A DNA stretch of 64,000 nt from Dimorphilus gyrociliatus (Eukaryota > Animalia > Annelida), in contig CAJFCJ010000014.1 in assembly GCA_904063045.1 (NCBI GenBank), forward strand, positions 682,001-746,000. Direction: 5' to 3'. Position 1 is the first letter of the stretch, and every line of letters starts with the position of its first letter. The notes beneath the pieces were generated by a model, which worked only from the letters and a program-made list of their open reading frames with translations, made no database searches and was not told the origin of the DNA. Below, piece by piece: positions 54,282 to 64,000 of the stretch. The translations under genes were made by a program, and so were the position numbers.

Positions 54282-56925
54282 TCACGAAACAGGAAGAACT
54301 GTATTACTGCGATTACTTTTTATTTGAGATGAGAATTTTTTTCTCGAAATATCGCTTCTTTCATCCTCAGTTGGGAAAGGAGCTGTAACAGGTGGAAGTA
54401 CATCGGATATTGTATTCTGTCTGTTTTTCAACTTTTGCACTCGATCTCTCGCTTCACCTAGACGGCTGTTGGCCTCTTGTAGCATTTTGGCATCGATATT
54501 AGCCCTGGAAAGTGCTCGGTCATTCTGTAATAATAATTGCCTGTGTTCCAAGTATCTTTGTACAATGGCAGCCTGCTCAGCAGTCTGCTGCCTGTATGCT
54601 GATACCATTTCAGATTTGCTGTGAAGTTGATCTTCCTTAACAGTTGAGCGATCATGCTTCATTAAAGCGTTTGACACAGATGTATTCTGGACGGCAAAAT
54701 CACTCACAAACGTCCTTTCTCGCTGTCTAAATCTAGAGATTGCAGTTGACTTAGAACGATGGGCTGTTGCACGCATTAAGGCAGTTCTATGAAGTTCCTG
54801 CCTCTTTTGCAATGATTCTTGTAGGCTTTTTAGCTCTCTCTCACGCCATATAAGGGCATTCGTCCTTTTTTGCTCTTGAGCTGCCTTTACCCTTCGTCTA
54901 GCAGCTTCCCTCTCTTCTTTCATACTCATAACGACCTCAAGTTGATGAGCTAGCTTCTCGGCTTTCTGTCGATCGGAATAGGCCGTGTGAACGGCTCTAA
55001 GGCAAGAAAAACTTGAATCTTCAAACAGCTTCTTTACCATTTGAGAACTCTCCCCACTTTTCTGCTTTTTCTTGGAAACAGGTTTAATAAATAACTTCTT
55101 ATCTATAGCCTCATGAGCTTCACTCATGCCGTGGCGAACGTCTAAACCCGCATTTCTTTTATCAATCAATAATTGGGCTGTTGGGTTAAGTTTATTTCTG
55201 ACAGGTTTAAAACCCCTTAATCGAAAATTGGTGTTCTCCGGGGCATCGTCCTCGTCTTCGGCTTCCGGTGAATTTGGCGGGTTGACAACCGGACCAAAGA
55301 AGTGCCTAACACTGGGCCTTTGAACTCTTTTCTTCTCCTCAGCAGTGGGTGGAGGAGGTTTCACGGAACGTTTTGACCTTCCCCTGGAAGGTAATTTAAC
55401 GGTTGTCTCTTCTCCCAAATATGCATCTACTTCGTCATTTTTCTTGGAGAATTTTAACAATAGACCACCATCTTCCAATTGAGATTTTGATACGCATATA
55501 CCCTTGAAAGCTATGGAACTCTTGACCGATACAGCACTACCGACAGATCTATTTCGAGACTCTGCCCGATCTGTAACGATCGAATTGGCAGAGCGTAAAC
55601 GCTTTCCAGATTGCTGGCGAGATGTTTCAACAGTACCAGATCCTGGCCGTCTATTTGCTAAATACATATCATAATCCATTCTTGTAGTGTCCATCTGAGA
55701 TCCCATTACTTTTACATTTTTAAATAACCTACAACAAATGTAGATATCAGAATATGATACATAAATACACAGAGTATAGCTTAGAGTACATAGTTTGACA
55801 TAACAAACCTGTTAGGTTTCATATGCAGGTGCTTTCTCGTCAAGTACCCTCTAAAAATTCGTTGCAAGAGAAGGACTGGTGAATAGTGAGCCAAGCACTT
55901 ATTAGTTTTATTAATAATCTCACAAAATATCTTCATTTCATCTTCATAGCTGGCGTTCTATCAGAATAATATATCATAAATAAAATTACGCAGTATATAT
56001 ACATTTATTACAAATATTTGGATCATTTACCTGACTTGCATTCTCATATAGATTTATCCTAAAGTTATTAGAAAACATGGCGAATCGACCACCGAATTTG
56101 GCATCTTCTATAATTTCTTCGTCGCTAATTACGTGATGATCTAGCGCTTTCAAAGACCATAAACTATTTACAACATGATGTCGATAATTACGTTTTAAAC
56201 TCAATGGAGTATCATAGAGTGTTAGGATAGTAATAGAATCCAGAGCCCCCAATGATTTTATATGTTCTATCGAGCCTATCGGATTGTCGTGCAGATGTAA
56301 TATTCTTAGATCTGTGAAATTTTCCCAGAAATGAAATCCAGGAATATTTTTAATCTAATTAAGCAAAAACAACTGTAATTCAATATTATTCTAACAGCGT
56401 TTTGAATGATATACTTACTAAATTAGAGCTAACGTCTAATTTAATTAATTTTGTACAACTTTGTAAGCCTTTTATATCCTCAATGTAGTTATTTGCCAAA
56501 GAACATATACGTAAATTAGTAAGTATACCTAAATCTCCTACACCTCTTAACCTAACACCAATCAACTTTACCAAACGAATGTTTGATAATTCATTATTTC
56601 TCTTCTGTCTAAATATTTCAAATCTTTTCCATGGTTGCTTTTCAAGAACTTCTTTATCAACTGGTTCAAACTGTTCTTCTTCTGGGAAGAATTGAGATGA
56701 TATAAATTCTTTTGCTGGAATAAGAAAGTATCCATTCGCTTCGGCCTCTCTGATTATTTCTTCCTATGATTTTAGTTTCAAAATGTTTGTTATTGCGAAA
56801 TAATTCATTTAATTTTACTTTTGAACCTGTCTAAATTCATCTGCAGTTTTAACTGGAGCCAAATGTTCCTCTTTTGCAAATTGCTGTTGCCCTCGAACCC
56901 TTTGCCAGCTGGGTATGCTTACCAT
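54282..56925 (-). CDS. LRRIQ3: Leucine-rich repeat and IQ domain-containing protein 3
   Basis: Exons 56925-56827, 56763-56419, 56354-56031, 55957-55809, 55728-54282. LQSCTKLIKLD, LRILHLHDN, PLSLKRNYRHHVVNSLWSLKALDHHVISDEEII, IQ motif LQRIFRGYLTRK, long coiled-coil C-terminus. Confidence 0.9.
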
Positions 56926-57003
56926 TATCTTTTTATGGGTTACTTAAATTAATCTGTTTACTTGTCAATTAAATTCAATAACGACCGCTCATAATTGGAT
57001 TGG

Positions 57004-57016
57004 GTTGCTAGGCAAG
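57004..57016. promoter_or_regulatory. X-box-like motif in the LRRIQ3/DHX35 divergent promoter
   Basis: GTTGCTAGGCAAG, one mismatch from GTTGCTAGGCAAC, ~80 bp upstream of the LRRIQ3 ATG. Confidence 0.45.
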
Positions 57017-57503
57017 CATGAGCGATACTTAAATACGTACTATTTTGTATACTATATTTTGCCGGGTGTTCACAGGAAAAACTGGTTACTTCTCTTTGAA
57101 ATTAATTTCAATCTTTTGCTACTAACCCCATTGTACGATCGACAAATTTTTATGGTTTATTGTGTGGTATATTTTCACAGACAATTACAAAAAAACAGAT
57201 TGATATAGTATTGCGCTAACTCTGATGATATATAAAAAAATGTCTTTTTGAACGATATTACCAACATTTCAAGTAATTTCTATTTTCTTAAAGCTTCAAA
57301 AAAACTCAATGCGAATAGTTAAAGTGACAACTTAGAATCCTAATTAAAATTCATCTCCTTGAATTCGAAATTTGTTTATTTTTGGTTTTCATCTTTCCTA
57401 ATCAAAGTGATCAACCGATTTAAAACGTTGAGATAACGTTTTCCGGCCCACCATCTCCAAGGATAGTTTGAATTTTTGAAAGGGATCAAGAAGATTGCTG
57501 ATA

Positions 57504-59612
57504 ATGTCAGCTAAATTTTGGAAACCTGGAACAGAAAAACCAGGAGCCCACCTTAACGATGAAAGAAAAGGGGATAGCGAATTTCGTTTTGTATCATATA
57601 ATAAACATAGACATTTATCAATACAACAACAGCGTCAACATTTGCCAATATTTAAAAGAAGAAATGAAATATTATATATGATAGACAGATATAAAGTGGT
57701 TGTAATTGTCGGCGAAACTGGAAGCGGAAAATCAACCCAAATACCACAATACTTATTGGAAGCTGGATGGGCTGCTGATTCAAAGAGTATCCTTGTAACT
57801 CAACCACGTCGGGTAGCAGCAGTTTCCCTCGCTTCCAGAGTTGCAGACGAAAGAGGAACGATACTTGGCCAAGAAATTGGATATATTATACGGTTTGAAG
57901 ATTGCTCCGATGACAGAACAAAAGTTAAATTTATGACGGACGGCATGCTAATCAGAACTTTAATGAGAGATCCACTGTTAGAAGGATATTCAGTTATTGT
58001 TATGGATGAAGCTCATGAACGTTCTGTCCAAACGGATTTGGCATTAGGCCTCTTGAAGAAAATTATAGCTAAACGTCCTGATTTGAAGGTTATTATATCC
58101 TCTGCAACTCTGGATGCGGAAGCTATGAAAAATTTCTATAACACAAACTTAACGGACGATGATAGACTAGATACAGCTGCAATCTTGACAGTTGAAGGAC
58201 GAATGTGGCCGGTTGATATCTTTTTCTCAACTAATCCAGTTCCAGATTACCTTGAGGCAACCGTTCAAACTGTATGCAAAATTCATGTTGGACAACCAGA
58301 TGGCGATATTTTAGTATTTTTAACCGGAATGGAGGAAGTTCAACACGTTGTAAGAGAATTAATCGAAAAAGCGCGGGCTATGTTAAAGAAAAGCGATATC
58401 AAACTGAAGATGAAAATAGTACCATTATACGCAGGTTTACCAGGGGCTGATCAGTTCAAAGTATTTGAGAGGACGCCCAAAGGTATGAGAAAAGTTGTTA
58501 TCGCAACAAATATTGCAGAAACCAGCGTTACCATAGACAGAATATGTTATATTATAGACTGTGGCTTTGTTAAACTAAGAGCATATAGTTGTAGAACGGA
58601 TGCATTAGTAGTTATACCAATTTCTCAGGCATCAGCAAAACAAAGATGCGGTAGAGCTGGGCGTGTTAGATCCGGATGTGCTTACAGATTATATACTCAG
58701 GACTCTTACGAGGAGATGAATGAAAACAATGTGCCTGAAATTCAGCGCTGTAGTTTACCATCAGTCATTCTACAACTGAAAGCCTTGGGTGTGTCAAATA
58801 TCGTAAGATTTCCCTTGGTATCACCCCCTCCGGCCCAAAATCTATTAACTGGTGCAGAATTATTGTACGCATTGGGTGCTATTGACAAGTCCTGTCAATT
58901 AACCGAATTAGGAATGAAAATGGCCGAATTACCTGTACCACCTATGTTTTCAGCTATGCTATTAAAAGCTCCAGAGTTTAATTGTAGTCAAGAAATTTTA
59001 ACTATCGTTGCCATGGCTCAAGTAAGAAATGTCTTCGTCGTACCACCAAAACAGAAGAGAGAGGCAGAGAAGCATAGGAGAGTTTTTGCAGTTGCTGAGG
59101 GTGACCTTATATCTCTTTTGAATGTGTATAGGTCGTTTTGCGAGAATGAGCAATCGTCTAGTTGGTGTCAAAAAAATTGGCTTCATTATAAGTGCTTGAA
59201 AAGAGCAATTGAAATACGTGATCAGTTGGAAAGGTGCTTGAAAAAGCTTAAAATTAATACTCGATCCTCAACAGATGACGTTGAAGCAGTTACGAGATGT
59301 CTCGTAACCGGTTTATTTTCTAATGCTGCAAAACTTTATCCAACAGGCGAATATAGAACAATAAGAGACAATGAAGTTTTGCATATACATCCAACATCTA
59401 TCATTTATCCTGTGCGACCTCCACCGGCCTATGTAATTTTCGGAGAATTGATTATGACATCTCAAAATTATATGAGAGACGTAACGGCTATTGAAGGAAA
59501 ATGGTTACACGAATTGGCCGAACATTATTATGATTTTGGCACTGAAAGAGAATTATCAATTAAAAGAAATAGACTGGACGAGGAAAGTTTGACGGATGTA
59601 TTACAGTTCTGA
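57504..59612 (+). CDS. DHX35: DEAH-box RNA helicase 35, intronless CDS
   Basis: Signature N-terminus KFWKPGTE...SIQQQRQHLPIF, GETGSGKSTQ, TQPRRVAA, DEAHER, SAT, ATNIAETSVT, QRCGRAGRV. Confidence 0.95.
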   Translation: MSAKFWKPGTEKPGAHLNDERKGDSEFRFVSYNKHRHLSIQQQRQHLPIFKRRNEILYMIDRYKVVVIVGETGSGKSTQIPQYLLEAGWAADSKSILVTQPRRVAAVSLASRVADERGTILGQEIGYIIRFEDCSDDRTKVKFMTDGMLIRTLMRDPLLEGYSVIVMDEAHERSVQTDLALGLLKKIIAKRPDLKVIISSATLDAEAMKNFYNTNLTDDDRLDTAAILTVEGRMWPVDIFFSTNPVPDYLEATVQTVCKIHVGQPDGDILVFLTGMEEVQHVVRELIEKARAMLKKSDIKLKMKIVPLYAGLPGADQFKVFERTPKGMRKVVIATNIAETSVTIDRICYIIDCGFVKLRAYSCRTDALVVIPISQASAKQRCGRAGRVRSGCAYRLYTQDSYEEMNENNVPEIQRCSLPSVILQLKALGVSNIVRFPLVSPPPAQNLLTGAELLYALGAIDKSCQLTELGMKMAELPVPPMFSAMLLKAPEFNCSQEILTIVAMAQVRNVFVVPPKQKREAEKHRRVFAVAEGDLISLLNVYRSFCENEQSSSWCQKNWLHYKCLKRAIEIRDQLERCLKKLKINTRSSTDDVEAVTRCLVTGLFSNAAKLYPTGEYRTIRDNEVLHIHPTSIIYPVRPPPAYVIFGELIMTSQNYMRDVTAIEGKWLHELAEHYYDFGTERELSIKRNRLDEESLTDVLQF

Positions 59613-60275
59613 CGGAAGATAATGACATAGTTATATACAGTATAAGAATAATAAATCTTTACGTTTTTATTAAATATTTACTATTTTAAATCATTAGCTT
59701 TCCTGATCATTCCCAACTGGTTTGAGGACCGATTTGTTTAACTCTATGGAATCTAACTGTTTATTCGCTTATCTAAGAGATCTACTTGGAAAGTGATACA
59801 TTACTTTATGAGAGATCATTGTTTAAAAATTTCAAATTAGTTTAATCTAGTCTTATCTAAGAAAACACATTCCAACTTTTTTCAACTTAGCTTCTCTCTA
59901 GCGTTTCTTTGGAAACATTTTACTTCTATTCTAAATTGCTGTTAGGCGTATATAAATTATTTACTTTTAAATAGAATTAATTAGCTATTTTAATTAAACT
60001 TCTTTTGAAGATTGTAATAGGGAAAGTAATTATTCTAAATTTTCTCTTTTATATATCCATTTTTTAGGGAAATAAGATCCCACAAGGCATATATTTGTCG
60101 CATAACTTGTTAAATATTTCTTTATAAGTTTTCTTTTTGTTGAATTATATACAAGTGAATAAAGATTTAAATTGGTAGGTTTTTAAAAGATACGAAACTG
60201 CGCATTAATAGCCTTTTCCGCTTCCGCGTTTTTCAGCGAAAAAGACTTAGCAACGAAAACGTTATCGTTGTTAAG

Positions 60276-61319
60276 ATGTCTGATGAGCCTAAGGAACGAC
60301 CAAAGCGACGTAGAAAACTTCGAAAGTTAGATGGTGAGGCGGATGGAGATGTTCAACCCATAGAAGATAGTGTTGATCATCAAGATCCTTTAACTGTTAA
60401 AAAGAAGAGAAAACGCAGAAAGAAGAAGGCAGTTGGAGATCTACCTCAACCAACTGACCAACCGATCGGCATTGAAACAGAATTGCGTGACTTGAACGAA
60501 GATATAGTAGAATGTGATCCTAATTGGCAGATTACAAATACAAAAGGTCAAGGAACAATGAAATCTGAGTTGACAGACAAAATATTTATAGAGAAGAAAT
60601 CAGGATTTCAATCGACTACCAAAGCCAAACTGGAGAAAAGAGAACGAATCGACATAATAAATAATAGAGAAAATGTACAAGCTGAAAATCACCAAAAAAA
60701 CACAATGGACTTTGCTATATCCACCCAAAAAGTAATAAAAATGTTCTCAACATTCTGTATTGGATTACTCGGAGGTGTTGGTTTTTGGCACATTATGACA
60801 TCGTTCATTATGTATAGTGACCTTACAAATGACGAATTCTTAAAAGGTTCAACGAGATTAGCATCTCCTGGACAAAGTTTCTATTATCTTATGTTTGCAA
60901 TATGTACGATATCAGTCTGTGATAGATTTGACTTAGGCCGACCTACATCGGTTTGCATGCTAACCCATAAATCAGGAGTATTCGCAATTATTGTCTACGT
61001 GATAGGACTTGTTATATCTTTATCTATGGCTGCAATAGAACAAAAAATGTCAGCCTGGAATGACAAAAAAGACGTTTGGTCAACAGTTAAAGACAGGGAT
61101 GACGATCTGAGTCTTTGGTTAAAGCTAAATACTGCAAGAGGAACAATGGCAATAATAGGGTGGTTTGTGATTAGTTTACAAACAAGAACTGATAGATTGA
61201 GTGATAATTTAATTATTGCTAATGAAGATATAATGAATGACATGTCTATGCCATCATTCGAAAAGAATAATGTAACAAGTCATGGAGTTACTAACAGGGC
61301 TTTCAGTAGTATGGCTTAA
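60276..61319 (+). CDS. TMEM237: Transmembrane protein 237, ciliary transition zone, intronless CDS
   Basis: Basic disordered N-terminus, KIFIEKKSGF, FCIGLLGGVGFWHI, TISVCDRFD, four TM segments. RFX half-site CTTAGCAAC at 60246-60254. Confidence 0.85.
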   Translation: MSDEPKERPKRRRKLRKLDGEADGDVQPIEDSVDHQDPLTVKKKRKRRKKKAVGDLPQPTDQPIGIETELRDLNEDIVECDPNWQITNTKGQGTMKSELTDKIFIEKKSGFQSTTKAKLEKRERIDIINNRENVQAENHQKNTMDFAISTQKVIKMFSTFCIGLLGGVGFWHIMTSFIMYSDLTNDEFLKGSTRLASPGQSFYYLMFAICTISVCDRFDLGRPTSVCMLTHKSGVFAIIVYVIGLVISLSMAAIEQKMSAWNDKKDVWSTVKDRDDDLSLWLKLNTARGTMAIIGWFVISLQTRTDRLSDNLIIANEDIMNDMSMPSFEKNNVTSHGVTNRAFSSMA

Positions 61320-61973
61320 AACTAGAATTTTAGACTGATTAGCATATTTTTTTAAAGAAAATACAACTTTTTGCTACTATTTATAAATAAATACAGTATT
61401 CAATTTATCCTGTAAGGACTGTATCATAAACCAATTTTTACAAATACAGCATACATGTTCAAGATGTACTTCTATTTTTAAGAACGAAGGAGAAATTTGA
61501 AACAAAAGACAAGTGTTTTTTTTTATTATATTACAACTAAACACAAAAACTTTTGTAAAATTTCTTGTATTTAAACAAGAGAATTATAAAACAAAGACAT
61601 GAACAATAGAAAGATAGGGAAAAAAGTTTGTTTAACTGAACAGACTTTTAGCAAAATATGAGGAGCTGTGTTGGCTGTTTCTTTTTATTAGTAAAATCAA
61701 AGGTTTGTCCCTGAGCATTTAGATCTAGGTATTCATCAACTTTTAAACTGAATAGCTAAAGTTATTTTCAAACTGACATAAAGCAGCCGACTTAAATATG
61801 TAAAAAATGTTTATAAGGAATTTTCTTTATTAACAAAGTTTATCTCAACCGAATAAAAGTTCAACATGCATCTCTAGTTAACATAACTCCCCATTTACTA
61901 TTTAAATATGTTCAGTTTTTACAATCTGCCAGAACCTTCACACTTTTCTGTTTCTTCCAAAGTTTAATTATAT

Positions 61974-63553
61974 TTAAATCAAATCCGCAACTGAAAATAA
62001 TTATGAATATTAAAAAGATATGAGTTTGGAGAAAAGAAATCTTACCATTCATAGGCATTTCATCGATCTGTGTTGAATAATATTGTTCAATATCACGAAG
62101 AATACGGATATCGTCATTTTTCACGAAATTAATCGCCACACCCTTACGTCCGAAACGACCAGAACGACCGATTCTGTACAGAAATTATTATTTTAGCTAT
62201 TTTTTTCAAATAAAGAATAATTTTTACACACCTGTGAATGTACAATTCTCTGTTGTTGGGCAAGTCGTAGTTGATGACAAGGGAGACCTGTTGAACATCT
62301 ATTCCTCTAGCCCAAACATCAGTTGTAATTAAAACTCTTGTCGCTCCACCTCTAAATTCTTTCATGATTGCATCTCTTTCTGGTTGCTTCATATCACCGT
62401 GCATCTTAGAGACTGTAAAGTTGGCATCAAGCATTTTTTCTGTGAGCCAGTCAACCTTTCTCTTAGTATTACAAAAAATTACAGCTTGAGTAATTGTGAG
62501 GGTATCGTACAAGTCGCATAATGTGTCGAATTTCCATTCTTCTCTTTCAACAGCAACAAAAAATTGTTTAATTCCTTCCAACGTAAGTTCATCACTATTT
62601 ATGGAAAATTATACTCTTAATGGATAATCAATTTCAGATTAATAAATGCCTACCGTTTAACCAATATACGAATTGGATCTGTCATAAATTTACTGGTCAT
62701 TTCCAAAATTTCATGGGGTAATGTGGCAGAGATAAGAATAACTTGTAGTCCAGGAGGTAAGTAACGATAGACATCATAAATTTGCTCTTTGAATCCTTTA
62801 TTTAACATTTCATCAGCTTCGTCAAGAACAAGCATTTTTATAGAACGGGTTCTCAAATTACGTCTTTGAATCATATCTAATAATTTTAAAGTTTGAATAT
62901 AGTAGAGATCAGAATTATTCAAGTTACAAAAATACGAACCAAATACTCGACCAGGAGTTCCTGAAACAATATGTTGGCCATAATCCAATTTACGAATATC
63001 TTCTCCGATATTTGTACCGCCAATACAAGCATGGCATTGAACATTCATATAATCGCCCAAGGCAAGGATAACCTTTTGAATTTGAACTGCCAATTCTCTT
63101 GTAGGTGACAGAACAAGAGCTTGAGTTTCTCTTACTTGTGTATCAACTGTTTGCAAAATTGAGATGGAAAAAGTCGCCGTTTTACCAGTTCCAGATTGAG
63201 CTCTAAAAGAATTCCACTTTAGATATTTGAATTGTAATCAGGTTTCAAAACTTACTGGGCAATGACATCCCTTCCTTTAACAATTGGTTCAATAGCTCTT
63301 TGTTGAATAGCGGATGGTTTCGAGAAGCCTGAACAAAAATATTTTGTATTTTGAGCAAAATACGCATCGATAACGTTTCGTGCCGGCGTGAAAAAAAAGA
63401 AAATATACTACCATAAGCGTAAATTCCTCGTAACAGCTCCTGTCTTAATCCTAGTTCATCAAAAGTTGGTACAGGATTAACTTCTTCGCTAGTTTCAAAT
63501 TCTAAATGCTTTAAATCGTCAGTCAATCCTCGAGATCCTGAAGAAGACGCCAT
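61974..63553 (-). CDS. EIF4A3: Eukaryotic initiation factor 4A-III, exon junction complex helicase
   Basis: [108 protein letters not shown]; last exon completes MPMN|VADLI*. Confidence 0.98.
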
Positions 63554-63597
63554 TTTACGCAGATCTATCCCGGAAGTTGATAGATTCCAACTTCCGG
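63546..63597. promoter_or_regulatory. EIF4A3 promoter with YY1-like site at the start codon and inverted ETS pair
   Basis: AAAATGGCG over the ATG; CCGGAAGT at 63570-63577 and ACTTCCGG at 63590-63597. Confidence 0.55.
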
Positions 63598-64000
63598 TTA
63601 GGTTGCGGCTGTTAACAAACCCAGTCGGCCAACTAAAAGTTATTAAAATATATCATTAGAAAAATTTTTATAATTATTTATAGCAGGTTAAATAAGTTTT
63701 TTAAGTTAGTTTACTATAACTTAATTCGATGGCATTTTTTTCGGTAAAAAATTGGCCTATACATTTCATATATTTATAATTTAAGCAAGAAAATTTATTT
63801 AGGTGGTATTTGAGTAATTATGAACTTATACTTGGAAATAAAATAATTCAAAAGAGAATCTTCACATAAAAAAAGTATAACCGGTAGCTTACCGGTAAAT
63901 TTGCACATTTCACCAAATCGAGAATTATTTTTCTGCAAGTTCATCTGATACAAAAGTATAGTTAAAAAACATTCTTTCTTTTTGGAACGTAAATTGTACA

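Overview
Eukaryotic, very AT-rich, gene-dense animal DNA with mostly 50-70 nt GT-AG introns and tiny intergenic gaps. A myosin-head chitin synthase points to a lophotrochozoan; the compaction resembles the miniature annelid Dimorphilus (inference only). Splicing the six-frame fragments by hand gives about 21 protein-coding units: DENND11 (partial), a 3beta-HSD-like SDR, PBX/exd, an orphan Ser-rich ORF, a hidden 106-aa three-exon gene, a mucin-like type I membrane protein, myosin-chitin synthase, a Cys-less IgV receptor, PSMC6, RABGGTB, MORN5, AFF/lilliputian, two divergent OATP (SLCO) transporters with PGAP2 between them, two tandem microprotein ORFs, LRRIQ3, DHX35, TMEM237 and EIF4A3. The standout is at 53080-53472 (-): two small ORFs 15 nt apart that resemble, in the same order, the human MKKS upstream-ORF mitochondrial microproteins uMKKS1 and uMKKS2, but form a stand-alone bicistronic unit with no MKKS downstream. 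Second is the chitin synthase myosin head, whose P-loop, switch-1 and switch-2 are degenerate. I saw no tRNA, rRNA, CRISPR array or transposase. All homology calls are by-eye recognition, not database searches.
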